In this document: piece by piece, positions 1-9,395 of the stretch
How positions within the stretch are numbered: the stretch's first letter is position 1
How the letters are laid out: each line of letters begins with the position of its first letter
DNA from: an uncultured Candidatus Bathyarchaeia archaeon
GTDB lineage: Archaea > Thermoproteota > Bathyarchaeia > Bathyarchaeales > DTEX01
Direction of reading: 5' to 3'
Assembly: GCA_964539065.1 (NCBI GenBank)
Contig: CAZIFH010000077.1
Coordinates: 1 to 31,599 of the forward strand
Length of the DNA: 31,599 bases
The notes under the pieces: model-generated
Seen by the model: only the letters and a program-made list of their open reading frames with translations
Databases searched by the model: none
What the model was told of the DNA's origin: nothing
Translations under genes and position numbers: made by a program

Positions 1-62
1 AGCATGTTTAGCGGTGACAGGCTTTTTCGGGTTCATTGTTTGATGATAGCCTTAATGTTTGA

Positions 63-272
63 CGTGTATCCTGCAATGGTTTTCAAGAAAGAAAACCTCC
101 AGATATGGTCCATGTTGGGGATGATGTTCACCAAGATTTTAACATCCCTAGAGCAGTAGGGATTTCGAGTTATCTGCTGGATAGAACAGGCGAAAAGACC
201 GGAGATTACATAATCAAAAATCTAAGAGAATTAGAAGATTCGGGGTGTGTGCCTCAACCATTTTTTCTTTGA
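63..272 (+). pseudogene. C-terminal remnant of a HAD-superfamily hydrolase
   Basis: Frame 3 reads VSCNGFQERKPPDMVHVGDDVHQDFNIPRAVGISSYLLDR...IKNLREL, matching HAD motif IV (HVGD..D...G). In-frame stops lie upstream (TGA 60-62, TAG 9-11), so there is no intact N-terminus in this frame. Confidence 0.6.
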
Positions 273-314
273 ACTGATTGTTGCAGGATTTGTGAAGAAT
301 TGGGTTTAAGATTC

Positions 315-688
315 TTAAACGTGGATGTTTTTGTTCACGTCTTTCTGTGTCTGCCGCTTAGTCTTTGCCTCTTTGACATAGTCGGCGAACTTGTATCCAG
401 CCTTCTCCGCATACTCGATTTTAAGCTTCATGTAAAGCTTTTTTGTGATAAGAATTTCTAGGAGGAAGGCGCCTGCGCCGAAGATTCTTTCCAAAGCCTC
501 AGCGAAGAACTCTATGCCGCCGGAAAGGCTGGCGCCTCCAATCTGTCGAAGCACAACTGCTGAGCTTACGTCTCCAAGAACCTCGCCTAGCACATTGTCT
601 ATGCAGCCCTGAGAATCTCGTCAAAAGCCTCGTCTGTGCGGCTGCCGCCTTCATCGAAACGGTTTTCACCGCCTCTTTTCTTGTTCAA
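315..688 (-). pseudogene. Small helical protein (DUF3227/NitrOD5-like from memory) split by a 1-nt deletion
   Basis: GAGGAGG (703-697) precedes TTG at 688. That frame reads ...AFDEILRA then TAG (601-599). The -1 frame continues GCIDNVLGEVLG... into ORF 315..593. Adding one G to the GGG run (609-607) joins them. Confidence 0.55.
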
Positions 689-701
689 TCAAATTGCCTC
701 C

Positions 702-2120
702 TCAGCTTATTGGCGTCAGCTTCGGCACAGGGTAGCCGGCTGAAGTGTCTGTCTCAACAAAGTTCACCGGTGTTCTCGGCTTAAGCCCATAAACAAGTAG
801 CGCGCCATGCTCCCTGACAACCTTCAAATGCACATTTGCAATCGAGTTTAAATTAGCTGAAACATCGTGGATGCTGGGTTTAAGCAGGAGAAACATCAAG
901 TCTCCATGCTGCCTCGCTATTGAGACGCTGAAGTTCAAAATCTTAAGGGCTTCAAGTACACCGTAATAGGAGATAAGACTGTCTACTCCAATAATATGCA
1001 AAATAGGTTGGCCAGTTCTTGCATGAGCCTCACTAGCAACGTGTAGGTACGTTTGAAAGTCTTCTTCAATGCTTTCGCCCTTAAACTCGATTATGCATGG
1101 ATGTTTCTGAACAGCTAAGCTCTTGAACTCGCATATCCTTATCAAACGTTCAATCTTTTCTTCAGAGAAGCCGACGTCCCGCATCCTGTTAAGGATAAGA
1201 TTATTGTCCACCCCAGAAGAGGGAATCACAAAGACTGGTCTATCATTTGCGATGAAGTTCCAGGCTACAATTAAAAACAAGTGATATTGCAGGGTTGACA
1301 CGTTTAAGCCTATCTCAAGAAGCACAGTTGAACCTTTAGCGTAGCCTCCATTCAGCAGCCTGTCAAGGTCAGCTGAGCCAGAGGAAAACTTTTCAGAGCT
1401 GTCTGGAATAGGCTTGAAGACTCCGCTCAAATGCTTCTCCACAAACATTGGGAAAGCTTCGAATCCCCTGTGCAGCGTAAAGGCAACAGTTTTTTGCGCA
1501 ACTCGTGTTCCACGCATCTTTTTGATTTCTAGGTCTCTGAACAGTCGACCGTCAAGTTCGCCTGCCCTGAATAGTATGACGCCGTCAGCCACGAACTCCT
1601 CCATGCCAGTGCCTATCCTGGTGCCTCTGTAAGGAACCTCACCGATTATTAGGGATGTGCAGCCTGCCTGCCTCACGATTTTGCCTAGCAGGGTGTGCGT
1701 CACTATTCTTGAGTCGAAAGGCTTTTCGAAGGCTTGAGCCAAAGCCGTGTAGGAGTCTAGGACGAGGCGTTTAGCCTTAACCTCCTCTACGGCGTCAACA
1801 ACAGTGCTTAAGACTGTGGAGACCCCTGCCTCCCTAACGGTTAACAGGTCGAGAAAGCGGAACTTGCCCTTCTTTTCAAGCGTTTCAAAGTTGAAGCCGA
1901 AACCCTTCATGTTTTCAATGAAGGCTTCCCTGTTTTCGGCGAAGCTCACGTAGACGCCTGGCTCATCTTGACCCGCGGCGCCGCGGTAAATGAATTGGGC
2001 AGCGAAAACCGTCTTTCCAGTGCCAGGATTGCCGGCTAAAACAATTAGGCTGCCCTTTGGGAATCCACCTTCCAAAACATCGTCCAAACCACTCACGCCG
2101 GTAGAAACACGCTCAACCAA
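702..2120 (-). CDS. KaiC/RAD55-like (RecA-superfamily) ATPase, active N-terminal domain plus degenerate C-terminal domain
   Basis: STGVSGLDDVLEGGFP, Walker A GNPGTGKT, RLVLDS, EFVADGVI and KKMRGT. The second domain starts SSGSADLDRLLNGG, but its Walker A position reads EIGLNVS. Likely start is TTG 2120 after GGGGAGG (track start 2156). Confidence 0.9.
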   Translation of the reverse strand: MVERVSTGVSGLDDVLEGGFPKGSLIVLAGNPGTGKTVFAAQFIYRGAAGQDEPGVYVSFAENREAFIENMKGFGFNFETLEKKGKFRFLDLLTVREAGVSTVLSTVVDAVEEVKAKRLVLDSYTALAQAFEKPFDSRIVTHTLLGKIVRQAGCTSLIIGEVPYRGTRIGTGMEEFVADGVILFRAGELDGRLFRDLEIKKMRGTRVAQKTVAFTLHRGFEAFPMFVEKHLSGVFKPIPDSSEKFSSGSADLDRLLNGGYAKGSTVLLEIGLNVSTLQYHLFLIVAWNFIANDRPVFVIPSSGVDNNLILNRMRDVGFSEEKIERLIRICEFKSLAVQKHPCIIEFKGESIEEDFQTYLHVASEAHARTGQPILHIIGVDSLISYYGVLEALKILNFSVSIARQHGDLMFLLLKPSIHDVSANLNSIANVHLKVVREHGALLVYGLKPRTPVNFVETDTSAGYPVPKLTPIS

Positions 2121-2317
2121 AACAACCTCCCCCGAAACAAGAACCCTCCTGACCAATAATTAATTGCCTATAAAGTAATGTTGTTTACCTAGAAACAAAA
2201 ATTAATATTCTCAGAGGCTTTGTTAATACTTATTTTGTATCAATATAGGCTCTGGTAGCAGGCATAAACATGCTCCTGCCATCCATTACTCAATCGTTTA
2301 TACATGATTCTTTTTTA

Positions 2318-2347
2318 ATAACAAAGAAGGAGTAAACAAATAAAAGT
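2318..2347 (-). terminator. Pyrimidine/T-rich tract after IF-2, possible archaeal terminator
   Basis: Minus strand reads CTTTTATTTGTTTACTCCTTCTTTGTTATT about 20 nt after the IF-2 stop. Confidence 0.3.
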
Positions 2348-2367
2348 AGGGTGTGTCTTCTTATTGG

Positions 2368-4146
2368 TTAGACCCCCCAAAAAGGCATGTTTTTTCTCAT
2401 AATCTCAACTAGTTCGTTTAGACAATCTAACTCAGCTAGCTCCAGCCTTATCTGAAATTTTGACAATAATTCTTTAACATGTTCCTCAGGAATCGCGACA
2501 TAAAGTATGTCTTCCTCTTTAAAATGGCGACCAACAACAGGCTTATCCATGGATATTGCAACTTGCTTTCCTGCTTCAGCGACAGACACAGATTTACCTT
2601 TTTCCTGAATTTGAAGTATTTCTCCAACTTCTTTTCCGTCGATTGTTACAAGTCGAACCTTAGGTCGGATTTTTCCAGCTAAAACCTCAACCCCTACAAT
2701 AGCTGGTTTTGCTTTTCTAAAAGTGTATCCTGAAAGAACCTTAATTTTTGCTGGAAGCGTAAGCCTGTCAAATTGGTTTTTTTCGCGTGTCTCTTTCTCT
2801 TCTCTCATCCATTTAAGGTACTCGTCAATTAGGTGATAAATAATTTTTTCCCTGAAAATTGGAATCTTTCGAGCCTCAGCTTCTTCTGCAGCATCTGGCA
2901 GAATTCTAACGTTGAACCCTAAAACAGCCGCTAATAATGGATTGCTTTCTTTGACTACAGATGCTTCAGCAATATCTCTTTTCGAAATATCGCCTACATC
3001 AGCCAATCGTAAAGGAACACCTTCTCTTCGCAGGCTTTCTGCTATTGCCTCTAAAGATCCTAAAGTATCTGTCTTCAGAATCACACCATCAGAGTCCGTT
3101 GAAACTCTAATCTTTTGTACCTCCTCAGAAATTTGATTCATGTATATTGCCAGCGTGTTTTTAGAAGGAACCACATAGAAAGGTGCTCCAGCTAGTGCAT
3201 CATTAAGATTGGGAGCGGCAATTTTGACTCCTGCAGCCGCAGAGACCTCCTCTACTACTAAAAACTTGTCTCGAGGATCTCTTATCTCGTCCAGAGGTTT
3301 AGGCAACAAAAGAGCGCGAACTACCGTCTCGATAGGTCCATTTTTTCCGCCCAAAACTACTGTATCATTCCTTTTTAGTACACCTTCGTAAATAATGACG
3401 TTAATAGTTGTTCCCAACCCAACCTCTTCTTTAACTTCAAGAACTGCACCTTTAGCTGGACCTTTCGTTGTCTGAAGCTTGCTTTTAAGAAATTGTTGCG
3501 TAAGCCCTACCAATACAGCCATCAATTCCATTATACCCTCGCCTGTTTTAGCGCTTGTTGGAACAATGGCAACTGTTCGCGTAAAGTCTAAAATTCTGTC
3601 AAACCTCTCTGTTCTTAAACCGATTTCAGAAAATTTTCCAATAATGTTGTACAAACATTCATCTACAGACTGTTGAACATACTTATCTTGCTTCTTATAA
3701 GACTCAATAAAAGAGGAAGTGTGCTGAGGAATCCAACCTGCGATTCGGTCAACCTTGTTTGCTGCTACAATAAAGGGGGTTCGTCTTAACTTCAAAATTT
3801 CAATTGATTCAAAAGTTTGAGCTTCAAATCCCTTTAAAATATCGATAACCAGAACCGCAATGTCCGCTATACTGCCTCCACGTCTTCTTAGATTAGCGAA
3901 AACCTCATGTCCTGGAGTATCAATTACAAGAAGACCTGGAATTCGGATTTCTCCACCAAATTTTTGAAGTAGTGGTCCCGCCAGTTCCTTTAATGTCTCA
4001 ACTGGGAAGAAGCTTGCACCAACATGCTGCGTCATCCCTCCAGGTTCTCTTGCCTGAACTTTACTTTTTCGAATCTGATCAAGCAAAAGGGTTTTTCCTG
4101 TATCCACATGTCCAAGAACACAGACAATTGGTTGCCTTAAAGGCAA
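2368..4146 (-). CDS. infB: Translation initiation factor aIF5B (IF-2)
   Basis: LRQPIVCVLGHVDTGKT (G1), TQHVGA, DTPGHEVF (G3), NKVD (G4). Likely start is TTG 4146 after GGAGG (track start 4164). Confidence 0.97.
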   Translation of the reverse strand: MPLRQPIVCVLGHVDTGKTLLLDQIRKSKVQAREPGGMTQHVGASFFPVETLKELAGPLLQKFGGEIRIPGLLVIDTPGHEVFANLRRRGGSIADIAVLVIDILKGFEAQTFESIEILKLRRTPFIVAANKVDRIAGWIPQHTSSFIESYKKQDKYVQQSVDECLYNIIGKFSEIGLRTERFDRILDFTRTVAIVPTSAKTGEGIMELMAVLVGLTQQFLKSKLQTTKGPAKGAVLEVKEEVGLGTTINVIIYEGVLKRNDTVVLGGKNGPIETVVRALLLPKPLDEIRDPRDKFLVVEEVSAAAGVKIAAPNLNDALAGAPFYVVPSKNTLAIYMNQISEEVQKIRVSTDSDGVILKTDTLGSLEAIAESLRREGVPLRLADVGDISKRDIAEASVVKESNPLLAAVLGFNVRILPDAAEEAEARKIPIFREKIIYHLIDEYLKWMREEKETREKNQFDRLTLPAKIKVLSGYTFRKAKPAIVGVEVLAGKIRPKVRLVTIDGKEVGEILQIQEKGKSVSVAEAGKQVAISMDKPVVGRHFKEEDILYVAIPEEHVKELLSKFQIRLELAELDCLNELVEIMRKNMPFWGV

Positions 4147-4185
4147 GAGGTTTCTTCCCTCCAAAATAGATACCAGTTATTTGAT

Positions 4186-5262
4186 TTACTCATTCTGAAG
4201 AATTTGTTTCCAGTCAACGTTTTCCTTTACTAACTTAAGTGCCCTTTTTATTCTTTCATTATCTGTAGGCTTTATTTTCCCAACCATTCTTTGCATCATT
4301 TGTAAAGTGGTGTATGTGTCAAAAGGTACAAGGATTACAGGAACGCTTAGTTCATCTGCTCGTGGAAAAATCTTAACACTTGGATACAAGTTTCCTGTGA
4401 GAACTAAAGCGGAGACTCCAGCCTCTAACGCAGCAAATATTATGTCTGTTCTGTCTCCTCCGGTGATGACAAGCTCGTCTTTAGTTTTTCGGAAATATTT
4501 TACAGCACTCTCAGGTGTCATTGCTCCTATTAAGAATGATTGAACAGTTTTTTCTATGCCGTTCTTGCCTGCAAGAATTTTTCCACCAATCACGCTGTAG
4601 ATTTCTTTAACTGTAAGAGCGTTTAACATTTTGTCCTCTGGAATAATACCTAAAACATTAATTCCGTTTTTTTCAAGTGCTGGTTTTATAACATTTTTTG
4701 CTTTATACATCTTATTGGAAGAAACTTGATTTAAAATAACGCCGAGAAAAGATACGTTCCATTTCATGCAATAGTCCCTTGCTTGGATAATATTGTCTAA
4801 CGTTAGATCGTCTTCAAATTTTTCGACAAGAATAATTTTTGCTTCAAAAACTGAAGCTAATTTCGGCGCTGAGCAATTGATGAAAGAACCAACTGACATG
4901 AATGGAGGACCTTCAATCAAAATTATCTCCTTCCCTTCAGAAGCAATGCTAAAGGACGTTTTAATCTTGTCAAACACTTCTGAAATGCCAAAGTTCATAA
5001 GTTGATCTAGGAATGCTTCTTTGTGAGCAGTAACGGGACAAATTTGGTCTGCAGATATTTTAAGGTTTAGAATGCTTCTTATTGTGTGAGCGTCTTCATC
5101 AAAATGCTCTCCTCTTTCATCTATGGCGTAACCTAAGCCTATTGGCTTAAAATATCCGACTTTTTTTCCCAAATCCCTGAAAATGAGTGCCAAAGCTATT
5201 GTTACGACGCTTTTGCCAGAAAGTTCCTTGTTGGAAACTATGTAAATTGCCTGTTTCCCCAT
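4186..5262 (-). CDS. Phosphotransacetylase-family protein: BioD-like (AAA_26) N-terminus plus DRTGG domain, no Pta catalytic domain
   Basis: SGKSVVTIALA, VGYFKPIG, ILIEG, GVILNQV, LGIIPED, FLIGAMT and LVITGGDRTD. At 358 aa there is no room for a PTA catalytic domain. Confidence 0.85.
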   Translation of the reverse strand: MGKQAIYIVSNKELSGKSVVTIALALIFRDLGKKVGYFKPIGLGYAIDERGEHFDEDAHTIRSILNLKISADQICPVTAHKEAFLDQLMNFGISEVFDKIKTSFSIASEGKEIILIEGPPFMSVGSFINCSAPKLASVFEAKIILVEKFEDDLTLDNIIQARDYCMKWNVSFLGVILNQVSSNKMYKAKNVIKPALEKNGINVLGIIPEDKMLNALTVKEIYSVIGGKILAGKNGIEKTVQSFLIGAMTPESAVKYFRKTKDELVITGGDRTDIIFAALEAGVSALVLTGNLYPSVKIFPRADELSVPVILVPFDTYTTLQMMQRMVGKIKPTDNERIKRALKLVKENVDWKQILQNE

Positions 5263-5284
5263 TTTTCTCTCCTTCTCTTATCTT

Positions 5285-7384
5285 TTACTTCGAGATCGTC
5301 ATTTTTATATCTACTGCCACACATCCTTCTTTCTCTCCATAAACAAATAATGGGTTAACCTCCATCTCAACAATTTCGTCGAATTGACTCATAATCTGAG
5401 AAATCTTTAGGATCACATCAACAACTGAGGCGATGTCTGAGGCTGGCTCACCTCTTACACCTTTAAGAAGATTATATGCTTTTGTCTCTTCAATCATTTC
5501 TTCAGCTTCTAGCTTTGAAAGTGGACAAAGACGGTATGAGACATCCCTAAGAAAGTTAACGTAAATTCCTCCTAAACCAAACATCATAAGAGGACCAAAC
5601 TGGGGGTCTCGAACAGCTCCTACAATCACCTCTTTACCGTGCAGAGCCATTTTTTGAACAAGAACTCCAGAAATCTTGGCGTGCGGCAATAATTTTGATA
5701 TTTTGCCTATAATGGTCTCATAATTCTGTTCAACTTGCGTTCGTGAAATATTATTAAGTATTACTCCCCCTACATCTGTTTTATGAAGAATTTCTGAAGA
5801 AACAACCTTTAATGCTACGGGGTAACCTAAAGAGTCAGCTATTTTTCCTGCTTCGTTCGAAGATCGAGCAACCATCGCCTTAGGAACTGCGATGCCATAC
5901 ATGGTCGCGATCTTTAAGGATTCCTCAACCGTAGGAACTAGTCGATCATCCTTACGCATTTCTGCAATAATCGTTTTAATGACATTCTCGTCGACTTGTA
6001 CTGGATACAAGGGGTTCTCATTTGGTTTTTTAAGAATAGAGGTATATTCACACATTTTTTTTAGAACGAAAGCAGCTGATTCTGGGAAGGGATAATTAGG
6101 TATATTGTTTTTTAACAATGTTTTTACAGCTACTGAATCTTCATCGAACCCCATAAAGGAAGCAACAATTGGTTTATCCGTTGTTTTGCTAATTTCGACG
6201 ATTAATTCTGCAATTTTATCTGAAGGCGTCATTGCCTGAGGAGTCAAAATAACAATAATGCCACTTATGTTTTGACTTTTAATTCCAGTCGTCAAAGCTA
6301 GTTTATAACGCCTATCGTCAGCGTCGCCTAAGACATCTATAGGATTGTTAAGGCTTGCATGTGCAGGCAAGGATTTGCGAAGTTCCTCTCTAATTTCAGG
6401 TTCAAGCAGTGGCAGATTTAAGCCTATCTTTTCACAGGCATCTGCAGCAAGAATTCCGGGACCGCCACCATTTGTAATTATTAATACATTGTTGTTTTTA
6501 GGTAACGGCTGACCCTCAAATGCCAAGAGAACATCGTAAAGTTCTTTTAACACGTCAACTCTAAGTACATCTGCCTTCTTAAAAGCAGCTGAAAAGGCTG
6601 CGTCTGAGCCTGCAAGTGAGCCAGTATGAGACGAAACAGCTCTTACGCCTACATCTGTGGTTCCAGACTTTAATACAATGACTGGTTTATTCTTAGAAAG
6701 TTCCTTAGCTACTTTTACAAAGCGATGACCATCTTTGACACCTTCAATATACAATCCGATAGCTCTTGTTTGTTCATCTTCAGATAAAGCTTCAAGGAAA
6801 TCTGTAGCTGTCAAGTCAGCCTCATTTCCTAAACTAATAAACTTTGTGAAGCCTACGTGATTGTGAAGTGCCCAGTTCAAAATAGTGCTTCCAAGAGCTC
6901 CGCTTTGAGAAATGAAGGCTATGTTTCCAGTATGAGGTTGAGCCGCAGCGAATGATGCATTCAATCGACTTTGAGTATTAATGAGCCCTAGACAGTTTGG
7001 TCCCTGCATTCGAATGTTATATTTTTGGCATGTTTCTAGAAGCTCTTTCTCTAGATATGTTCCTTCTCTTCCAGTCTCACTGAATCCAGCTGATATGACT
7101 ACTATTCCTTTTACGCCTTTTTCTCCGCATTCCCTAGCGATCACAGGCACTATTTTTTCAGGAACAACGATTACTGCAAGATCAACTTGTCCAGGTACTT
7201 CTGTTATGTTGCCGTAGCATTTGAGACCTAAAAGTTCATTTGTGTTCGGATTTATTGGGTAAAGATGCCCCTTGAATCCATATTCTAATAAGTTTTTGAG
7301 TATTTTGTGTCCTACTTTTTCTGGTTCTCGGCTTGCACCAATAACTGCAATGGATTTTGGATTAAAGAAGGCTTCTAGCTGCAT
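5285..7384 (-). CDS. acdAB: ADP-forming acyl-CoA synthetase (acetate-CoA ligase), fused alpha+beta
   Basis: FFNPKSIAVIGAS, MQGPNCLG, FISQSGALG, SLGNEAD, phospho-His motif SSHTGSLAG, TNGGGPG, NNPIDVLGD. C-terminal ATP-grasp domain (ILHKTDVGGV, FGPLMMFGLGG, MEVNPL). Likely start ATG 7384. Confidence 0.93.
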   Translation of the reverse strand: MQLEAFFNPKSIAVIGASREPEKVGHKILKNLLEYGFKGHLYPINPNTNELLGLKCYGNITEVPGQVDLAVIVVPEKIVPVIARECGEKGVKGIVVISAGFSETGREGTYLEKELLETCQKYNIRMQGPNCLGLINTQSRLNASFAAAQPHTGNIAFISQSGALGSTILNWALHNHVGFTKFISLGNEADLTATDFLEALSEDEQTRAIGLYIEGVKDGHRFVKVAKELSKNKPVIVLKSGTTDVGVRAVSSHTGSLAGSDAAFSAAFKKADVLRVDVLKELYDVLLAFEGQPLPKNNNVLIITNGGGPGILAADACEKIGLNLPLLEPEIREELRKSLPAHASLNNPIDVLGDADDRRYKLALTTGIKSQNISGIIVILTPQAMTPSDKIAELIVEISKTTDKPIVASFMGFDEDSVAVKTLLKNNIPNYPFPESAAFVLKKMCEYTSILKKPNENPLYPVQVDENVIKTIIAEMRKDDRLVPTVEESLKIATMYGIAVPKAMVARSSNEAGKIADSLGYPVALKVVSSEILHKTDVGGVILNNISRTQVEQNYETIIGKISKLLPHAKISGVLVQKMALHGKEVIVGAVRDPQFGPLMMFGLGGIYVNFLRDVSYRLCPLSKLEAEEMIEETKAYNLLKGVRGEPASDIASVVDVILKISQIMSQFDEIVEMEVNPLFVYGEKEGCVAVDIKMTISK

Positions 7385-7439
7385 TCTACAGCCTCGATGC
7401 ATTTAGGTTGCTACAGCATAGCGTTAGGAAAGTACTGTC

Positions 7440-7472
7440 AAATATTTATGTGTAGCTCATTTTTATATAAAT
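7440..7472. promoter_or_regulatory. Divergent TATA-type promoter region between acd and the CoA-transferase gene
   Basis: TTTTATATAAAT about 30-40 nt before ATG 7501, and an AT-rich TAAATATTTG element on the minus strand. The divergent spacer is only about 115 nt. Confidence 0.4.
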
Positions 7473-7500
7473 GATAAAAAAATAATTTGAGTGTTGCTGC

Positions 7501-9378
7501 ATGAGTACTGTAGAAAGCCTTCGATCAAGACCTTATAACGAAAAAAAAGTAAGTTTAGATGAAGCTCTCGGAATGATAAAAACTGGAGACCACATCTTCA
7601 TTGGGTCTGCCTGTGGTGAGCCTCAGTATCTCGTTAATGGGCTTGTTGAAAAAGCTAACCATCTAGCAGACAACGAGATTCTTCACGTTCACACATTAGG
7701 TGTCGCGCCTTATGCTAAACCTATTTACTCTGAAAGGTTTCGGCTAAATGCCTTTTTTGTTGGAATAAACACACGGAAAGCTGTTGCTGAGGGAAGAGCG
7801 GACTACACCCCTGTGTTTCTTTCCGAACTTCCAAAGTTTATAGCAAGAGGCATTGTTCCAATCGATGTTGCACTTATACAAGTAACGCCTCCAGATGAGC
7901 ATGGGTTCTGCAGCTTAGGAGTCTCAGTTGAAATCACGAAAACTGCCACTGAAAAGGCTAAGCTAGTGATTGCTCAAGTAAACCGAGAGATGCCTCGCGT
8001 GCTTGGCGACAGTTTTGTTCATTTAAAAGATATCGATGTAATAGTGGAACATGATGAACCTATACTGGAAATTTCAAGGCCTGACCAAGACATAGTTTCT
8101 AGCAGAATTGCAAAATATGTAGCAGATCTAGTCGAAGACGGATCTACACTTCAAATTGGAATAGGCAGTGTGCCAGATTCTGTTTTGGATGCTTTAAGAG
8201 ATAAAAAAGACCTTGGAATACATACTGAGTTGCTAACGGAGGGGGTCGTTGACTTGGTGGAGGACGGAGTTGTCACCTGCGCCAAAAAAACCATTAACCG
8301 TGGAAAGATAATTGCCTCATTTGCTATGGGAACCCGTCGACTCTACGATTTTATAGATAATAACCCTATGGTTGAATTTTACGAGTCAGACTATGTAAAC
8401 AACCCTGTAGTGATAAGCCAACACGAAAAGATGATTGCAATAAACCAAGCTTTAGAAGTGGACCTGACAGGTCAAGTTTGTTCAGATTCTTTAGGATACC
8501 GATTCTATAGCGGATTAGGAGGACAAGCAGACTTCATGAGAGGAGCTAACCTCTCTAAAGGCGGGAAAGCTATAACCGTGCTTCCATCAACCGCTAAGAA
8601 TGGAAAGGTTTCGCGCATCAAACCTCTTTTATCCAAAGGTGCAGGTGTTGTGTTGACAAGAGGTGATGTAGACTATGTAGTCACAGAATATGGTACTGCA
8701 ATTCTAAAAGGAAAAACAATAAGGGAACGAGCGCTTTCTCTAATCAATATTTCTCATCCAAACTTCAGAAATAATCTTCTAGAATGGGCGAAAGATCGCT
8801 ATTATGTTCCACCAGAAGTTTTGCCATTTCCAGAAATAGAATATCCAGAAGATCTTGTAAAAACGGTAACACTAAAGAACGGTTTAAAGATTGTACTACG
8901 ACCAATAAAGCCTTCAGATGCCACTTTAAAACAGCACCTTTTCTATTCGCTGTCGAAGGATGCAGTAGTTAAACGTTATTTAGGCTCGTTGAAAACTATG
9001 CCATTGAAGCGCATATGGCCTTATATTATTGTTAATTTCAAAGACGAGATGGTGCTTGTAGGAACAGTCAGAGAAGAAGAGAGAGAAAGCGTTATTGCAA
9101 TCGGTAGCTACTCCCGCATCCCAAATACTGACATAGCGGAGGTAGCGCTTCTGGTCAGAGATGATTGGCAAAACCAAGGTTTAGGCACAACACTTTTCCA
9201 CCATCTTGCAGAAATAGCTAAAAAATACGGGATAACCAAATTTACAGCATGGGTTCTAACAGACAATAACAAAATGATGCATATATTCAAAAAATCAGGT
9301 TATCCCATGAAATATAGGATTGAAGGAGACCTATATCACATAAATTTGGAACTAAAAAATGGAAAAAATAGCCTCTAA
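7501..9378 (+). CDS. Acetyl-CoA hydrolase/CoA-transferase (family I) fused to a C-terminal GNAT acetyltransferase
   Basis: DVALIQVTPPDEHGFCSLG, TLQIGIG, GIHTEL (catalytic Glu position), GLGGQADFMRGA, DVDYVVTEYG. GNAT domain: LKNGLKIVLRPIKPSD, AEVALLVRDDWQNQGLGT (acetyl-CoA binding loop), DNNKM. Confidence 0.9.
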   Translation: MSTVESLRSRPYNEKKVSLDEALGMIKTGDHIFIGSACGEPQYLVNGLVEKANHLADNEILHVHTLGVAPYAKPIYSERFRLNAFFVGINTRKAVAEGRADYTPVFLSELPKFIARGIVPIDVALIQVTPPDEHGFCSLGVSVEITKTATEKAKLVIAQVNREMPRVLGDSFVHLKDIDVIVEHDEPILEISRPDQDIVSSRIAKYVADLVEDGSTLQIGIGSVPDSVLDALRDKKDLGIHTELLTEGVVDLVEDGVVTCAKKTINRGKIIASFAMGTRRLYDFIDNNPMVEFYESDYVNNPVVISQHEKMIAINQALEVDLTGQVCSDSLGYRFYSGLGGQADFMRGANLSKGGKAITVLPSTAKNGKVSRIKPLLSKGAGVVLTRGDVDYVVTEYGTAILKGKTIRERALSLINISHPNFRNNLLEWAKDRYYVPPEVLPFPEIEYPEDLVKTVTLKNGLKIVLRPIKPSDATLKQHLFYSLSKDAVVKRYLGSLKTMPLKRIWPYIIVNFKDEMVLVGTVREEERESVIAIGSYSRIPNTDIAEVALLVRDDWQNQGLGTTLFHHLAEIAKKYGITKFTAWVLTDNNKMMHIFKKSGYPMKYRIEGDLYHINLELKNGKNSL

Positions 9379-9395
9379 AGTTTTTGTATAATTGT

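Noticed and set aside
702-2120. Circadian clock (KaiABC) interpretation
   Set aside because: No kaiA/kaiB, the second domain lacks Walker A, and there are no KaiC phosphorylation-site residues.
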